Shown: positions 50,766 to 61,484 of the stretch, piece after piece
How the letters are laid out: the number at the start of each line of letters is the position of its first letter
Numbering within the stretch: the stretch's first letter is position 1
The notes under the pieces: model-generated
What the model was told of the DNA's origin: nothing
Seen by the model: only the letters and a program-made list of their open reading frames with translations
Databases searched by the model: none
Position numbers and translations under genes: made by a program
Assembly: GCA_963724295.1 (NCBI GenBank)
Contig: CAVRUC010000008.1
Location: forward strand, 96,001 to 160,000
Source: an uncultured Chloroflexia bacterium
GTDB lineage: Bacteria > Chloroflexota > Chloroflexia > Thermomicrobiales > UBA6265
Direction of reading: 5' to 3'
Length of the DNA stretch: 64,000 nt

Positions 50766-51464
50766 ATGGACGGGGCATCATTCGATCGGCTGTCGCGGGT
50801 CGTGCACCGACTACGTCACCACGCAACCCGCCGCCAGGCTCTGCGCACCCTCGCTGTCGGCGGCCTCGCGGGCCTGTTCACTCGCCTTGGGACAGAGCAG
50901 GCAGGTGCCGCCTGCACTCAGCGCCGGCGGCGGTGCTCAGGAAACCGGGACTGCTGTGGCTATCCGGACCGCGACGTCGTCTGCGATGCCTTGCCGAGTT
51001 CCTGTGACCGGAGCGGCGATCGTTGCTGCGGCCAGCCGGACGCCTCGTGCTCCGGCAAGTGCGACTGCTGCCAGGGATTGACATGCAGCGGCGGTCGCTG
51101 CCGTGTGGGCGACGATGGCGGGGCCTGTGGGAATACGACCTGCCCGAGCGGCCAAAGATGTTGCTCTGTCAGCGGCTTCCCGCAGTGCATCGACCCCGAT
51201 ATCCTCCAATGTTGTGGGCCCAACCTCTGTAGGAAGGGCTGGTCCTGTTGCGGCAAGGGTTGTTGCGATCAGGACCAGAAATGTTGTGGAAAAGGACGGT
51301 GCTGCCCGAAGGGGTGGCGCTGTGGAAGGATCGCTTGTTACACCTCCCGGTCCGCCGCCATCGCTGAGAAGTCGGCCGAGAGCATTCCGTTTTCCGAGCC
51401 AGAACCAGGCGACGAGCAACACTGGATCGAGCAGGGCTGGCTGACGGTCGTAGAGACCAGATGA
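50766..51464 (+). CDS. Tat-type secreted cysteine-rich protein
   Basis: MDGASFDRLSR...TRRQAL leader; many CC and CxxxxC motifs; GAGGAG RBS. Confidence 0.8.
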   Translation: MDGASFDRLSRVVHRLRHHATRRQALRTLAVGGLAGLFTRLGTEQAGAACTQRRRRCSGNRDCCGYPDRDVVCDALPSSCDRSGDRCCGQPDASCSGKCDCCQGLTCSGGRCRVGDDGGACGNTTCPSGQRCCSVSGFPQCIDPDILQCCGPNLCRKGWSCCGKGCCDQDQKCCGKGRCCPKGWRCGRIACYTSRSAAIAEKSAESIPFSEPEPGDEQHWIEQGWLTVVETR

Positions 51465-51551
51465 CCGTTGCGGCGAGGATGGAGCAGATGGGCACCGACG
51501 ACCCGACGCGTTGACCTGCTCCATCTGTGGGGCCAGGGCGGCCAGCCCAGC

Positions 51552-54500
51552 CTAGCGCGCGCTCACGGCCAGCCCACTCACCAGTGCCAGCGCTTCGGCC
51601 GCCGCTGCCTCCCGCCCGAGCGCCCCTCCGGCGGCGTAGGCAGCGGCGAAGGCATCTTCGCCTAGCGCCGCCCGCGCCGCAGCCTCCGTCGCCTCCAGCC
51701 GCGTCCGCCGCGACGGCGGCATCCCGCCCTCGGTCGCCTCCCGCATGGCCGCGGCCGCACCCAGCATCCGCGCTGCCCCGGACGCGTCGCCGGTCGCGGA
51801 CGACACCCACGCCGCTCCCTCGACCGCTTCCGCCTCGACCAGCCGAAACTCCCCGGATCGCGTCAGATCCAGCGCCTCGGCGATCAAGCCGGCCGCATCA
51901 GCCGCGTCGCCCAGGTCGACCTGGATAGCGGCGGCTTCCACCAGTGCAAGGGCCAGCAAGAGCGGAGTGCCGGACGCACGGTGAACCGATACGGCGTGCC
52001 CAGTCAGCGTCCGTGCTCGGGCCGCGTCCCCGCGGTAGACGGCAACCGCGGCCAGCGTGAGCCGTACCGCCGCCGCCAGGAGATCTTCGCCCAGCCTGGC
52101 GAACTCGTCGGCCGCTTCGGCGAGCAAGCCGCCTGCCGCATCCAGATCCTCTTCCTCCAGGGCCACTCGGCCGAGCAGGAAGTCGGCATTGAGCTCCAGT
52201 GGCAGGTCCCCGGCGGCATGGGCGAGATCCTTTGCCTCCTTGCCAAGGTCCCGCGCGCGCCCGAGGTTTCCCTGCTGCAGCGCCACCCAACCCAGTTCCG
52301 TGAGCGTGTTGAGGCCGGCCCAGTGCTCCCCGAGCCGGCGAAAGATGGCGAGGGCGGCTTCGTACGCGGCCACGGCAGCCCGCAGGTCGCCGGCCACGCT
52401 GGCAGCGAAGCCAATTCCGCGCAGGGCGTACGCCTCGCCGCGTTCGTTACCGATCCGTCGCGAGACTGCCAGACCCTCCTCCGCCGCGGCCCGCGCCGCC
52501 GCCACCTCGCCCAGTGTGGCCCGCCCGATGCCGAGGGAGGCGAGGGCAATATTGACTCCCTCGTCGTCCCCCTCCGTGCGGAAGATGCCCAGCGCCTCCT
52601 CGTACAGTGCAACGGAGCGGCGCGCGTCGCCGTTGACGAACACGAGGTTCCCCAGCGAGCGTAGGGCCCAGCCCCGCACGCGCGTGGGCGCCGGACCGGC
52701 CGCCGCCAGCGCGCGCTCCAGCCAGCCGATCCCTTCGGCATAGTGGTACCGGAATTCCCAGAAGCGCCGGACGCCGGCGGCCATGACGAGGGCGGTTTCC
52801 GCCGCTCCCCGCTCGAGCAACCATCCCAGCGCGGCCCGCACGTTGGCGTGTTCGACCGTGAGCCGCGCGTGCCAGGCCGCCTCGTCGGGTCCCTCCATTC
52901 CGGTCCGTGCCTGCTCGACCAGCGCCGCGAAGAACGCGGCGTGGGCATCCCGGGTCGTCTCCTCGTCGCCACTCTCGGCCAGCCGCTCGGCGGCGAACTC
53001 ACGCACCGTCTCCAGCATCCAAAAGCGTGGCTCATCTCCCGCCTCGTCCTCCAGCCGTAGCAGGCTGTGCTCAGAAAGCCGCTCCACCAGCCCCACGACG
53101 TCCAGCTCGTCACCACGATTGGTCACCGCCTCGGCCGACTCCAGCGTGAAGCCACCTGCGAAGGCCGCCAACCGCCGGAACACGGCCTGTTCCTCGGGGT
53201 TGAGCAGGTCGTGGCTCCAGGCGATGGCGTCGCGCAGCGTGCGCTGGCGGGCCGGGGCGTCACGGGCGCCTCCCGTCAGGAATGGCAGGCGCTTCTCCAG
53301 CCGGGCCAGGAGCGCTTCGGGGGGAAACAGGCGCACCCGCGCCGCCGCGAGCTCGATCGCCAGCGGTAGGCCGTCGAGACGCCAGCAAATTTCGGCCACC
53401 GCGGGGGCGCTTGCATTGTCCACCTCGAAATCCGGCCGGACTGCCCGCGCCCGTTCGACGAAGAGGCGGACGGCGGCGTAGGAGGAGAGCTGTTCGGCGG
53501 TGGGCGGGGGCGGCGGCCGCCAGGGCAGTGCCAGGGGTGGCACCTCCCACTCCCGCTCAGCGCGCAGCCGGAGAGGCGCCCGGCTGGTGGCGAGCACCGT
53601 CAGGCCGGAACAGATCGTGATCAAATCCACTACCAGGCCGGCGACGGCCGGTAGCAGATGCTCGCAGTTGTCGAGGACCAGGAGGAACCGCCTCAACGCC
53701 AGATGGTCACGCAGGACGTCGACCACGGGCCGGCCCCCCTGCTCGGGAACCCCCAGTGCCTGAGCCACGGCAGACGGGACCAGCGCCGGGTCGTCGAGCG
53801 ACGCCAGCGGCACGAAGGACGCGCCGTCCGGGAAGGCGTCGAGCGCCTCGGCGGCTGCCTGCAGGGCGAGCCGGGTCTTGCCACTACCTCCGGCCCCGGT
53901 AAGGGTCAGCAGCCGCACGTCTTCGCGGTGGAGCAACTCGACCACCTCGCTCACCTCCCGCTCGCGACCCAGGAACGCGGTGGGCTGGCGAGGGAAGTTG
54001 TTCGGGCGGGCATCAAGCGACCTGAGCGACGGGAAGTCGCCTGGCAGGTCAGGGTGCAGGAGTTGGAAGACCCGCTGCGGCTCGAGGAGATCGCGCAGGC
54101 GGTGCTCGCCCAGGTCAAGCAGGGAAGAATCTCCGGGGAGCGAGCTCCGAGCGAGCTGCTGGACCGCAAGGGAGAGGAGCACCTGGCCCCCATGGCCGGT
54201 CGACAGTAGCCCGGACAGCCGATTGAGGGCCGGTGCCAGGTAGTTGCCCCGGTCATCGGGCTCAGCCGCACCGGCGTGCAGCGCCATCCGCACTCGCAGC
54301 GGACCCACCTCCCCCCACTCCTCCACGAGCAGGGCTAGCTGGGCGGCAAGGGCGGCGGCAACGGCCTGGGGAGCGGTCGGGAAGGCCGCTTGCACGGCAT
54401 CGCCGACGGTCTTGAAGTGCACACCCCCGTGGGCTTGGATGGCCGCGTCGATCAGCGCGAGGTGGCGTTCCACCGCGGCGGCCATCGCCTGTCGGTCACG

Positions 54501-54572
54501 CTCCCAGAGCGCGGTGCTGCCCTCGATGTCGGTGAAGAGGAAGGTCACGGTGCCAGTGGGAAGATCAGGCAT
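51552..54572 (-). CDS. Class III cyclase domain + STAND (NB-ARC-like) ATPase + TPR protein
   Basis: TFLFTDIEGST, GDA; GAGGSGKT; LVLDNCEH; LDGLPLAIELAA; TPR helices. Confidence 0.93.
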   Translation of the reverse strand: MPDLPTGTVTFLFTDIEGSTALWERDRQAMAAAVERHLALIDAAIQAHGGVHFKTVGDAVQAAFPTAPQAVAAALAAQLALLVEEWGEVGPLRVRMALHAGAAEPDDRGNYLAPALNRLSGLLSTGHGGQVLLSLAVQQLARSSLPGDSSLLDLGEHRLRDLLEPQRVFQLLHPDLPGDFPSLRSLDARPNNFPRQPTAFLGREREVSEVVELLHREDVRLLTLTGAGGSGKTRLALQAAAEALDAFPDGASFVPLASLDDPALVPSAVAQALGVPEQGGRPVVDVLRDHLALRRFLLVLDNCEHLLPAVAGLVVDLITICSGLTVLATSRAPLRLRAEREWEVPPLALPWRPPPPPTAEQLSSYAAVRLFVERARAVRPDFEVDNASAPAVAEICWRLDGLPLAIELAAARVRLFPPEALLARLEKRLPFLTGGARDAPARQRTLRDAIAWSHDLLNPEEQAVFRRLAAFAGGFTLESAEAVTNRGDELDVVGLVERLSEHSLLRLEDEAGDEPRFWMLETVREFAAERLAESGDEETTRDAHAAFFAALVEQARTGMEGPDEAAWHARLTVEHANVRAALGWLLERGAAETALVMAAGVRRFWEFRYHYAEGIGWLERALAAAGPAPTRVRGWALRSLGNLVFVNGDARRSVALYEEALGIFRTEGDDEGVNIALASLGIGRATLGEVAAARAAAEEGLAVSRRIGNERGEAYALRGIGFAASVAGDLRAAVAAYEAALAIFRRLGEHWAGLNTLTELGWVALQQGNLGRARDLGKEAKDLAHAAGDLPLELNADFLLGRVALEEEDLDAAGGLLAEAADEFARLGEDLLAAAVRLTLAAVAVYRGDAARARTLTGHAVSVHRASGTPLLLALALVEAAAIQVDLGDAADAAGLIAEALDLTRSGEFRLVEAEAVEGAAWVSSATGDASGAARMLGAAAAMREATEGGMPPSRRTRLEATEAAARAALGEDAFAAAYAAGGALGREAAAAEALALVSGLAVSAR

Positions 54573-54692
54573 GGTTGCTCTCAGGACGGTCGGCGGAACC
54601 TGGTGCTACCCGATTGTCGCATGCGAGCAGACCGGCCTCCGATGTCCGGCAACTCTTGTCGACGCGCTCCGCATCCTGGCGACCCCCGCGTG

Positions 54693-54917
54693 CTACGCCT
54701 TGGGGAAACCCAACCCCAACCGCTTGAGCGAGAGCCAGCGACCCTGGCCGATGATGAGGTGGTCCAGCAGCTCGATGTCGAGCAGCTGTCCGGCCGCCAC
54801 GATCTCGACGGTGAGGGCCACATCGGCCGCCGACGGCGTCGGATCCCCCGACGGGTGGTTGTGCACCGCGACGATGGCGGTAGCCTGCAGACGGACCGCA
54901 TCGCGGAAGACCTCAGT
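54693..54917 (-). pseudogene. radC: radC C-terminal (JAB domain) fragment
   Basis: EVFRDAVR...[12 protein letters not shown]...[11 protein letters not shown]; homology is lost upstream of about 54917. Confidence 0.85.
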
Positions 54918-55245
54918 GTTGCGTCGTAAACGTGCGGATCCCAAGAGAAAGCGTCGAGACAATGGGTCAGGACGCCAGCAGATAAGAGCTAGAGTGTTCT
55001 TGGAGCACGAATAGGGAGTGCCTGGGTGCCGCACGCTCGTCGAGACTCAACATGGACGCATCCACCAGACTGTAACGGCGAGCCGAGGATTTATGAAACC
55101 GGTTCCGGTCGATGATGTGCCCGAGCACCCCGCTGGTCTACTTATAGGAGGTCACCCTCACTTCGTTGAGAAGGACCGTGAACCCCAAGCGGGCCATGAG
55201 TGCTGTGGCCCGCTTGGGGTAAGTGACGCCGTCTCGGCGGTGGAT

Positions 55246-55614
55246 CTAGCTCGCGGATGCACAGGACGTGAGCTGCTGCTCCGCTCCCAGATTGCGGCTG
55301 GGGGCCAGGTCAATGGCGCGGAACTGCGCCAGGAGTTCGGCGGCGGTCGGTGCCGGTGCCTCATCGCCGCTCGCGTCAGCCGCGGCGAGCACTCGGTACG
55401 CTTGGTCGGTGGTGCTGGCGGCCGGGCGCCCGATCGTCGCGCGAATGGCCTCGACCGCCCCGTAGCCACTCCTCTCGTCCCACGATGCGGCGGGGACCGG
55501 CGCCCGGAGGAGGTCTTCTTCCCGACCGTGGACAGCGATGGAGTCGGATACTGCCAGCATGAGTACTGCGGCGAAAGCTGAGATCGCTGGTCGGGACCGA
55601 TGGATCTTGGACAT
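55246..55614 (-). CDS. Small putative secreted hypothetical protein
   Basis: N-terminal basic then hydrophobic signal-like segment. Confidence 0.4.
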   Translation of the reverse strand: MSKIHRSRPAISAFAAVLMLAVSDSIAVHGREEDLLRAPVPAASWDERSGYGAVEAIRATIGRPAASTTDQAYRVLAAADASGDEAPAPTAAELLAQFRAIDLAPSRNLGAEQQLTSCASAS

Positions 55615-55906
55615 TTCTGGTTCCGTTCTGTACGTCCGAGGCGTGAACGGTGGCTAGTGTTGCCTGGCGCCTTGGAGATGCGAGTTCTGGAGCGACTCGG
55701 CTCACTCGGTCGCGAGCCCTGCCGGGGTGGGGTTTGGTGACCTCGTCCTGGCACGCTCCTAGCATCCTCCTCAGCGGCACGCGCGGCGAGACGCAACGAG
55801 CACGCATCACGGCCTGACTGACCGCGCCGAAGCCGTCTGGTACGCTGGCACGGCACACCACAGCACGCCCCCGATCAGCCAGCACGTGGAACCAGGCGGG
55901 GTGGCG

Positions 55907-58276
55907 ATGAGCGAGCGCAGGACCTCTTTCGGCGAGCTTCTCCGTCAATTGCGCAGCGCGGCAGCCCTCTCCCAAGAGGCGCTGGCCGAGCGCGCTGGGC
56001 TCAGCAAGCGCGGCATCAGCGACCTGGAACGCGGGGCTCGTCTCGCTCCTCGGTTGGAAACCGTCCGCCTGCTGGCCGACGCGCTCATGCTCGGTGAGTC
56101 CGATCGGATGGCGTTGCTGGCAGCGGCGCGGCCGACGGTGACGGTCTTGGCGTCGGCGAAGCCCGCTGGAGCGTCGCCGCAGGGTTTGCTCCCGCTTCCC
56201 CCCACCCGTCTGATCGGTCGCGAGGAAGAGATCACAACGCTCTGCGACCTCCTCGGTCAGCAGGATGTTCACCTCGTGACCCTTACCGGTACCGGCGGGA
56301 CGGGAAAGACCCACCTGGCGCTGGCAGTGGCCGCCTCGGTGGTAGACCGCTACCCGGATGGCGGCGTTTTCGTCGATCTCTCCGCGCTCACCGATCCAAA
56401 TTTTGTCGTGCCAGCCATCGCAGCCATAGTGGGCGTACGCGAGACTGCCGGAGAATCGATGCGCGAGACGGTCAGCCGCTACCTGCGGGAGCGCCGCCTG
56501 TTGCTGGTGCTCGACAACTGCGAGCAAGTGCTAGAGAGCGCATCTGACATCGCCGCCCTAGTGGCTGGTTGCCCGCATCTCGCCATCCTGGCCACCAGCC
56601 GGGAGCCGTTGCACATCCGGGCCGAGTTCGAGATTGCGGTGCGTCCTTTGCCCCTCCCCGATCCAGCACGGCTGCCGCCGCTGGCCGAGCTGGGGAACGT
56701 TCCGGCGGTGGCGCTGTTTGTCGAACGGGCGCACGCGGCAAGCGCGGGCTTCGCGTTGACCGTGGAGAACGCCCCCGCCGTCGCCGCCATCTGCCACCGC
56801 CTCGATGGCTTGCCCCTGGCCATCGAGCTGGCCGCAGCGCGGATCAAAGTCCTGCCCCCGGCGGCGCTCCTGGCCCGGCTCGAGCACCGACTGCCCTTGC
56901 TCACCGGCGGCGGACGCGACCTGCCGGTACGACAGCGCACCATGCGCGATGCCATCGCCTGGAGTCACGACTTGCTCACCGCTGAAGAGCAAGCCGTCTT
57001 TCGCCGCCTGGCCGTTTTCGCCGGCGGCTTCACCCTCGCGGCAGCGGAGGCCGTGGCCGGGTCTAAAGGAGAACTTGCGGCTCTCGACGGCATCGTCGCC
57101 CTGGTCGAGCAAAGCCTCCTCCGACACATGCCAGGATCTGGTGACGAGCCGCGCTTCACCATGCTGGAGACGATCCGCGAGTACGGGCTGGAGCGGCTGG
57201 CCACGAGTGGCGACGAGGAGGCGACCCAGCGAGCGTACGGCGGGTTCTTCCTGGCGCTGGCGGAAGAGGCCGAGCCCCAATTGATCGGCCCGGAGCAGGG
57301 AGAGTGGTTGACCCGGCTCGAGACCGAGCACGACAACCTGCGGGCGGTCCTGGTGTGGGCAGAGGCTCAAGACCACGAGACCGGGCTGCGGCTGGCGGCC
57401 GCGCTCTGGCGATTCTGGTACGCCCGCGGGCACTTGAACGAGGGGCGCGGCTGGCTGGAGCGGGCACTGGCCCTCGACGGCGCGGGACAGAGCGCTGCGC
57501 GAGTCCGGGCATTACACGGCGCGGGCGTGCTGGCCGATCTGCAGGGCGACCCGGCGCAGGCAGAAGCGCTCGTCACGGAGTCTCTGGCGCTGGCGCGAAG
57601 CCTCCAGGACCGCCGGGGTGAGGCTCTTGCCCTGGTCGCATTAGGCCTTGTAGCCGCCTTCGAGGGAGACACCGCCCGGGAGGTGGCCCTGACGGAAGCG
57701 AGCCTCGCCCTGTGGCGCGACCTCGACGACGCGTGGGGTGCCGCCGGAGCGCTCAACAATCTCGGGTACACGGCCTATGTCCAGGGCGACTTCGGGCGGG
57801 CGGCGGGATTCCTCGACGAGGCCGTGGCCTTAGCCAGCGTGGCCGGGGATCGCAGACTTCTCGGATACACCCTGGATAGCTGCGGGGCGCTTGCTGAGGC
57901 ACAGGGTGAGCTGCAGCGAGCGACGGAGCTCCACCGCGAGGCGCTGTCCCTGGCTCAAACGACGGGCAACCCAGTCATGGTGGCGTTCACCCTGAGCGCG
58001 CTGGCGAGTATCGCGGCCAATCAGGGCCAGCCGGTGCATGCAGGACGGATGTGGGGAGCTGCCAGCGCGCTGCGGGAGGCGACCGGCACGCAGCTGCCCC
58101 TGGAGGAGGAAGCCCGGTTCGCGGGACCCGTCGCGGCCGCCCGGGAGGTCTTGGGCACGGATGCATTCAACTCCGCTTGGGAGGAGGGCCGAGCGCAACC
58201 ACATGAGCAAGTGGTTGTTGAGGCCTTGGGGCTGGGCGACGACCGTGCCACGGACATCCCAGAGAACCGAAGCTGA
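55907..58276 (+). CDS. XRE-HTH + STAND ATPase + TPR regulator
   Basis: FGELLRQLR...LSQEALAERAGLS; GTGGTGKT; LVLDNCEQ; GLPLAIELAA; TPRs. Confidence 0.93.
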   Translation: MSERRTSFGELLRQLRSAAALSQEALAERAGLSKRGISDLERGARLAPRLETVRLLADALMLGESDRMALLAAARPTVTVLASAKPAGASPQGLLPLPPTRLIGREEEITTLCDLLGQQDVHLVTLTGTGGTGKTHLALAVAASVVDRYPDGGVFVDLSALTDPNFVVPAIAAIVGVRETAGESMRETVSRYLRERRLLLVLDNCEQVLESASDIAALVAGCPHLAILATSREPLHIRAEFEIAVRPLPLPDPARLPPLAELGNVPAVALFVERAHAASAGFALTVENAPAVAAICHRLDGLPLAIELAAARIKVLPPAALLARLEHRLPLLTGGGRDLPVRQRTMRDAIAWSHDLLTAEEQAVFRRLAVFAGGFTLAAAEAVAGSKGELAALDGIVALVEQSLLRHMPGSGDEPRFTMLETIREYGLERLATSGDEEATQRAYGGFFLALAEEAEPQLIGPEQGEWLTRLETEHDNLRAVLVWAEAQDHETGLRLAAALWRFWYARGHLNEGRGWLERALALDGAGQSAARVRALHGAGVLADLQGDPAQAEALVTESLALARSLQDRRGEALALVALGLVAAFEGDTAREVALTEASLALWRDLDDAWGAAGALNNLGYTAYVQGDFGRAAGFLDEAVALASVAGDRRLLGYTLDSCGALAEAQGELQRATELHREALSLAQTTGNPVMVAFTLSALASIAANQGQPVHAGRMWGAASALREATGTQLPLEEEARFAGPVAAAREVLGTDAFNSAWEEGRAQPHEQVVVEALGLGDDRATDIPENRS

Positions 58277-58537
58277 ACGGGAGCCACTGAAGCCGTTTCG
58301 GTCATTGCACTGCTGTGCGGTCTCGCGGTCCCTTGCTCATGCTGACCGGTCCGGGTGGAGTCGCTCTTGCGTCGTAAACGTGCGCCCCGCAAGCGAGTGC
58401 GACAGGACAAAGGAGCGGGACGGCAGGCGCGGAGATCTCAAGTCTTTCTAGACCACGAACGCGCAAGAGACACGACGACCCCGCCGGTAATAGGAACAAC
58501 CGGGGCACATGCGAGGCGGACACAAGGCTGAAAGGTG

Positions 58538-58635
58538 AGTACGGCCAGGCGGCGTCTCAACTCCAGGGCCGCTTTCACGCGTACGGCTTTGGCATCGCCT
58601 AGACTACGAATCCGCGCCAGCTCCGTAACGTCCAA
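58538..58635 (-). pseudogene. radC: radC N-terminal HhH fragment
   Basis: DVTELARIRSLGDAKAVRVKAALELRRRL matches the RadC EL..I.G.G.AKA..LKAALELGRR pattern. Confidence 0.65.
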
Positions 58636-58817
58636 GCCTGGAAGGGGACGTCTCTGCCGACACCGCCTAGTAGGGCGCGGGTGTCACCACATTGAACTGG
58701 AAACTGGCCGTCGACGGTCGATCAAGTTCGCAACAGGTCTCTCCTGGATCGAATTTGATTCAACAGGGGCGACGCCTCCATCGCCCCTACGCGGCGGTTC
58801 GCTTTCTTGCCGTTTCT

Positions 58818-59954
58818 TTATGGCGCTCCTCCCGTGAACCGAACCGCCGCGTAGGGCCGAAGATCGAGCGAAATCGGCTCGCCACGAATCAGGTCGGCCG
58901 TCAATGAGCCGGTATGCGGGCCCAAGGTTAAGCCGGTCGCGCCATGACCCGCGGCAATGAAGACGTTCTGCAACCCCGGGATATGACCCAGCAGCGGCAA
59001 CCCGTCCGGCGTTGCCGGACGAAAGCCGACGCGCACTTCGCGGAGCGTCGCTCCTCGCAGCCCTGGCGCCACTCGCAGGGCCTGATCGAGCACCTGACGC
59101 ACACCACCTGCCGTCTGGCGGTAGTCGAACCCGGCGTCATCTTCACGAGTCGCGCCAACGACGATGCGATCGCGAGGAAAGGTCAACAGATAGTGGCCTT
59201 GAAATGTCAGGACCACGGGCCACTGACCCGTCTCCTCATCTGGCAATACCAGATGGGCGATTTGCCCGCGTTGCGGAAAGACCGGCAGCGGTACGCCAAG
59301 CGTTTCGCCCACAGCCGAGGTCCAGGCTCCGGTGGCGACGACGACGGTCCCTGCCGCCACCGTCCGCCCGTCGACGTGAACCTGCACCGAGCCCTCGGCA
59401 TCGCGGCCGAGCGTCGCCTCGCCGCGCAGAATCGTCACGTCGCGTCGTTGCGCGGCCCGTTGCAGGGCATCGCGCATCAATCGGCCATCGATGCGCGCGG
59501 TCCCCGCGATATGGAGCGCTTTCGGCACATCAGCGAGTGCCGGAAAGAGCGATCTGGCCGCCGCACCGTCCAGCAGCGAGACCTGGTCCACGCCTTGCAC
59601 GCCGGAGGCGAGGCGATCTTGGGCGAAGCGCCCGGCGTCGTCCAGGGACGCAGCTTCGGTCTCGTTTGCGGCGACCAGGACCGAGCCGACACGGGTATAC
59701 CCCGTTTCCTCCTCGCCATCTTCAGCAAGCTCCGCGAGGAGCCGAGGGTAGTGGTCAGCCGCCAGTGCAACCAGCGCGTTGTGGGCATCGGGCTCGCGAT
59801 GGCCGGAACCCGGGGCGATAATTCCGGCACCGGCTGCCGTGGCGTGTCCCTCGTCGCCCCGGTCGACCAGGGTGACCCGGAACCCGGCACGGGCGGTGTG
59901 ATAGGCCACGCTGGAGCCGACGATGCCGCCTCCGATGACAACAACGTCACTCAC
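58818..59954 (-). CDS. FAD-dependent oxidoreductase (D-amino acid/glycine oxidase family)
   Basis: VVIGGGIVG, GFRP.TPDGLP.LG, GHG..G.TLGP; GTG start at 59954. Confidence 0.9.
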   Translation of the reverse strand: MSDVVVIGGGIVGSSVAYHTARAGFRVTLVDRGDEGHATAAGAGIIAPGSGHREPDAHNALVALAADHYPRLLAELAEDGEEETGYTRVGSVLVAANETEAASLDDAGRFAQDRLASGVQGVDQVSLLDGAAARSLFPALADVPKALHIAGTARIDGRLMRDALQRAAQRRDVTILRGEATLGRDAEGSVQVHVDGRTVAAGTVVVATGAWTSAVGETLGVPLPVFPQRGQIAHLVLPDEETGQWPVVLTFQGHYLLTFPRDRIVVGATREDDAGFDYRQTAGGVRQVLDQALRVAPGLRGATLREVRVGFRPATPDGLPLLGHIPGLQNVFIAAGHGATGLTLGPHTGSLTADLIRGEPISLDLRPYAAVRFTGGAP

Positions 59955-59962
59955 CGGCCGTC

Positions 59963-61400
59963 TCACGCCATCTCCGGAATCATTCTGCCGTGGGCCTCGA
60001 GGAGGTCGTCGACGAGCGCACAGATCTGCTCGGGATCGAGCTCCGCCGCGGTGTGTGGATCGAGCATCGCCGCCTGGTAAACGTGCTCTCGTTTCCCGGT
60101 GAGCGATGCCGTGACCGTCAGCTCCTGGACATTGATATTGGTTTGCATCAGCGCCGCTAGTTGCGGCGGGAGCGCGCCGACGACGGTCGGCTGCACGCCG
60201 TTGCGGTCGACGAGGCAGGGGACCTCCACGCAGCAGGGCTGCGGCAGGTTCGCGATCGACGCCCGGTTCGTCACGTTGCCGTAGACCACCCGTGGCTGAT
60301 CGGTCTCGATACTGTGGATGATCAGCGTCCCGTATTCGCCGCTGTGTCCTGTCGCGTGGTCCGCGCGATGGGCAAGCGCTTCCTGGCGCAGAGGTGGCCG
60401 CGAGCTCGGGGTTCTCGCGATCTCGACAACGGACAGCCGCCGCTGCGTCATGCCACTGAGCTGGCCGCGTCGCTGCTCCTGATAGCGGGCCATTGCCTCC
60501 GGCTCGGGGGAGGTCAGCGCGGCGCGATAGTCGCCCCATTCCGCGATCTGATCCTCGCAGCGCGCCGGATACTCGTCGAGCGGGATGTTGAACTTCTGGA
60601 TCAGGTCGTCGCGGCCCGGCTTGATGAACCAGGGGACATATTCGGAGAAATGCTCGCTCGACTCCGTCACGAAGTAGCCAAAGTGTCGAAAGACCTCGAA
60701 GCGGACCCGTTCCCAGGCCGGCTCCCGCCGCTCGTCGGCCAACTGTCGCAGCGCGGGATAGAGATCTTCGCCGTCGCGCTCGAAGCGCAGATAGAAGGCG
60801 ACATGGTTGATCCCGGCGCAGACGTAGTTGACCTGGTCGGCGGGAACTCCAAGCCAGCCGGCCATATCCTCGGCCGTTCCCTGCACGCTGTGGCAGAGGC
60901 CGACCGTGCGGACCGCCGTCGCCCGATTCATCGCCATGCAGAGCATCGCCATCGGGTTGGTGTAGTTGAGGAAGAGGACGTCCGGGCAGACCTCCTCCAT
61001 CGTCCGCGCCAAAGTCGAGCATCACCGGGATGGTGCGCAGGGCGCGCATGATGCCGCCGATGCCGAGGGTGTCGCCGATGGTCTGGCGCAGGCCGTAGCG
61101 TTTCGGGATCTCGAAGTCGATCACCGTCGAGGGCCGGTAGCCGCCGACCTGGATCATGTTGATGGCGTAGTCGGCTCCATCGAGGGCGGCGCGCAGGTCC
61201 GTCGTCGCCTCGATGGTCGGGTTAGCGCGCGCCGACTGCGCCAGCAGCTTGGCCACCGCCTCGGTGTCGGCCAGCCGCCCCGGATCGATGTCCATCAAGG
61301 CGATCGTCGAGCCGTGCAGCTCCGGAAAGGTAAAGAGGTCCTGCAACAGGTTCCGCGCGAAGACGGTGCTGCCGGCGCCAATGAACGCGATCTTGGCCAC
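59963..61400 (-). CDS. melA: GH4 alpha-galactosidase; frameshift near 61012
   Basis: KIAFIGAGSTVF, DFEIPKRYGLRQTIGDT; NYTNPM, GLCHSV, AGINH, TESSEH. Confidence 0.9.
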
Positions 61401-61484
61401 GTACTGATTGCTCCTTTACTGGGTGTAGGCAAGTCGGCAAGAATCGCTTGCCGATAGCCGAAAGCGAATTACCCGATGCACCAA

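Noticed and set aside
58765..58790. GTAG-family REP-like hairpin AGGGGCGA...TCGCCCCT(AC)
   Set aside because: Single degenerate copy with no RAYT transposase; may simply be a terminator
58818..61400. 860-aa apparent GH4-FAD oxidoreductase fusion
   Set aside because: A frameshift near 61012 joins the melA N-terminus through an off-frame stretch to the next gene; these are two separate genes
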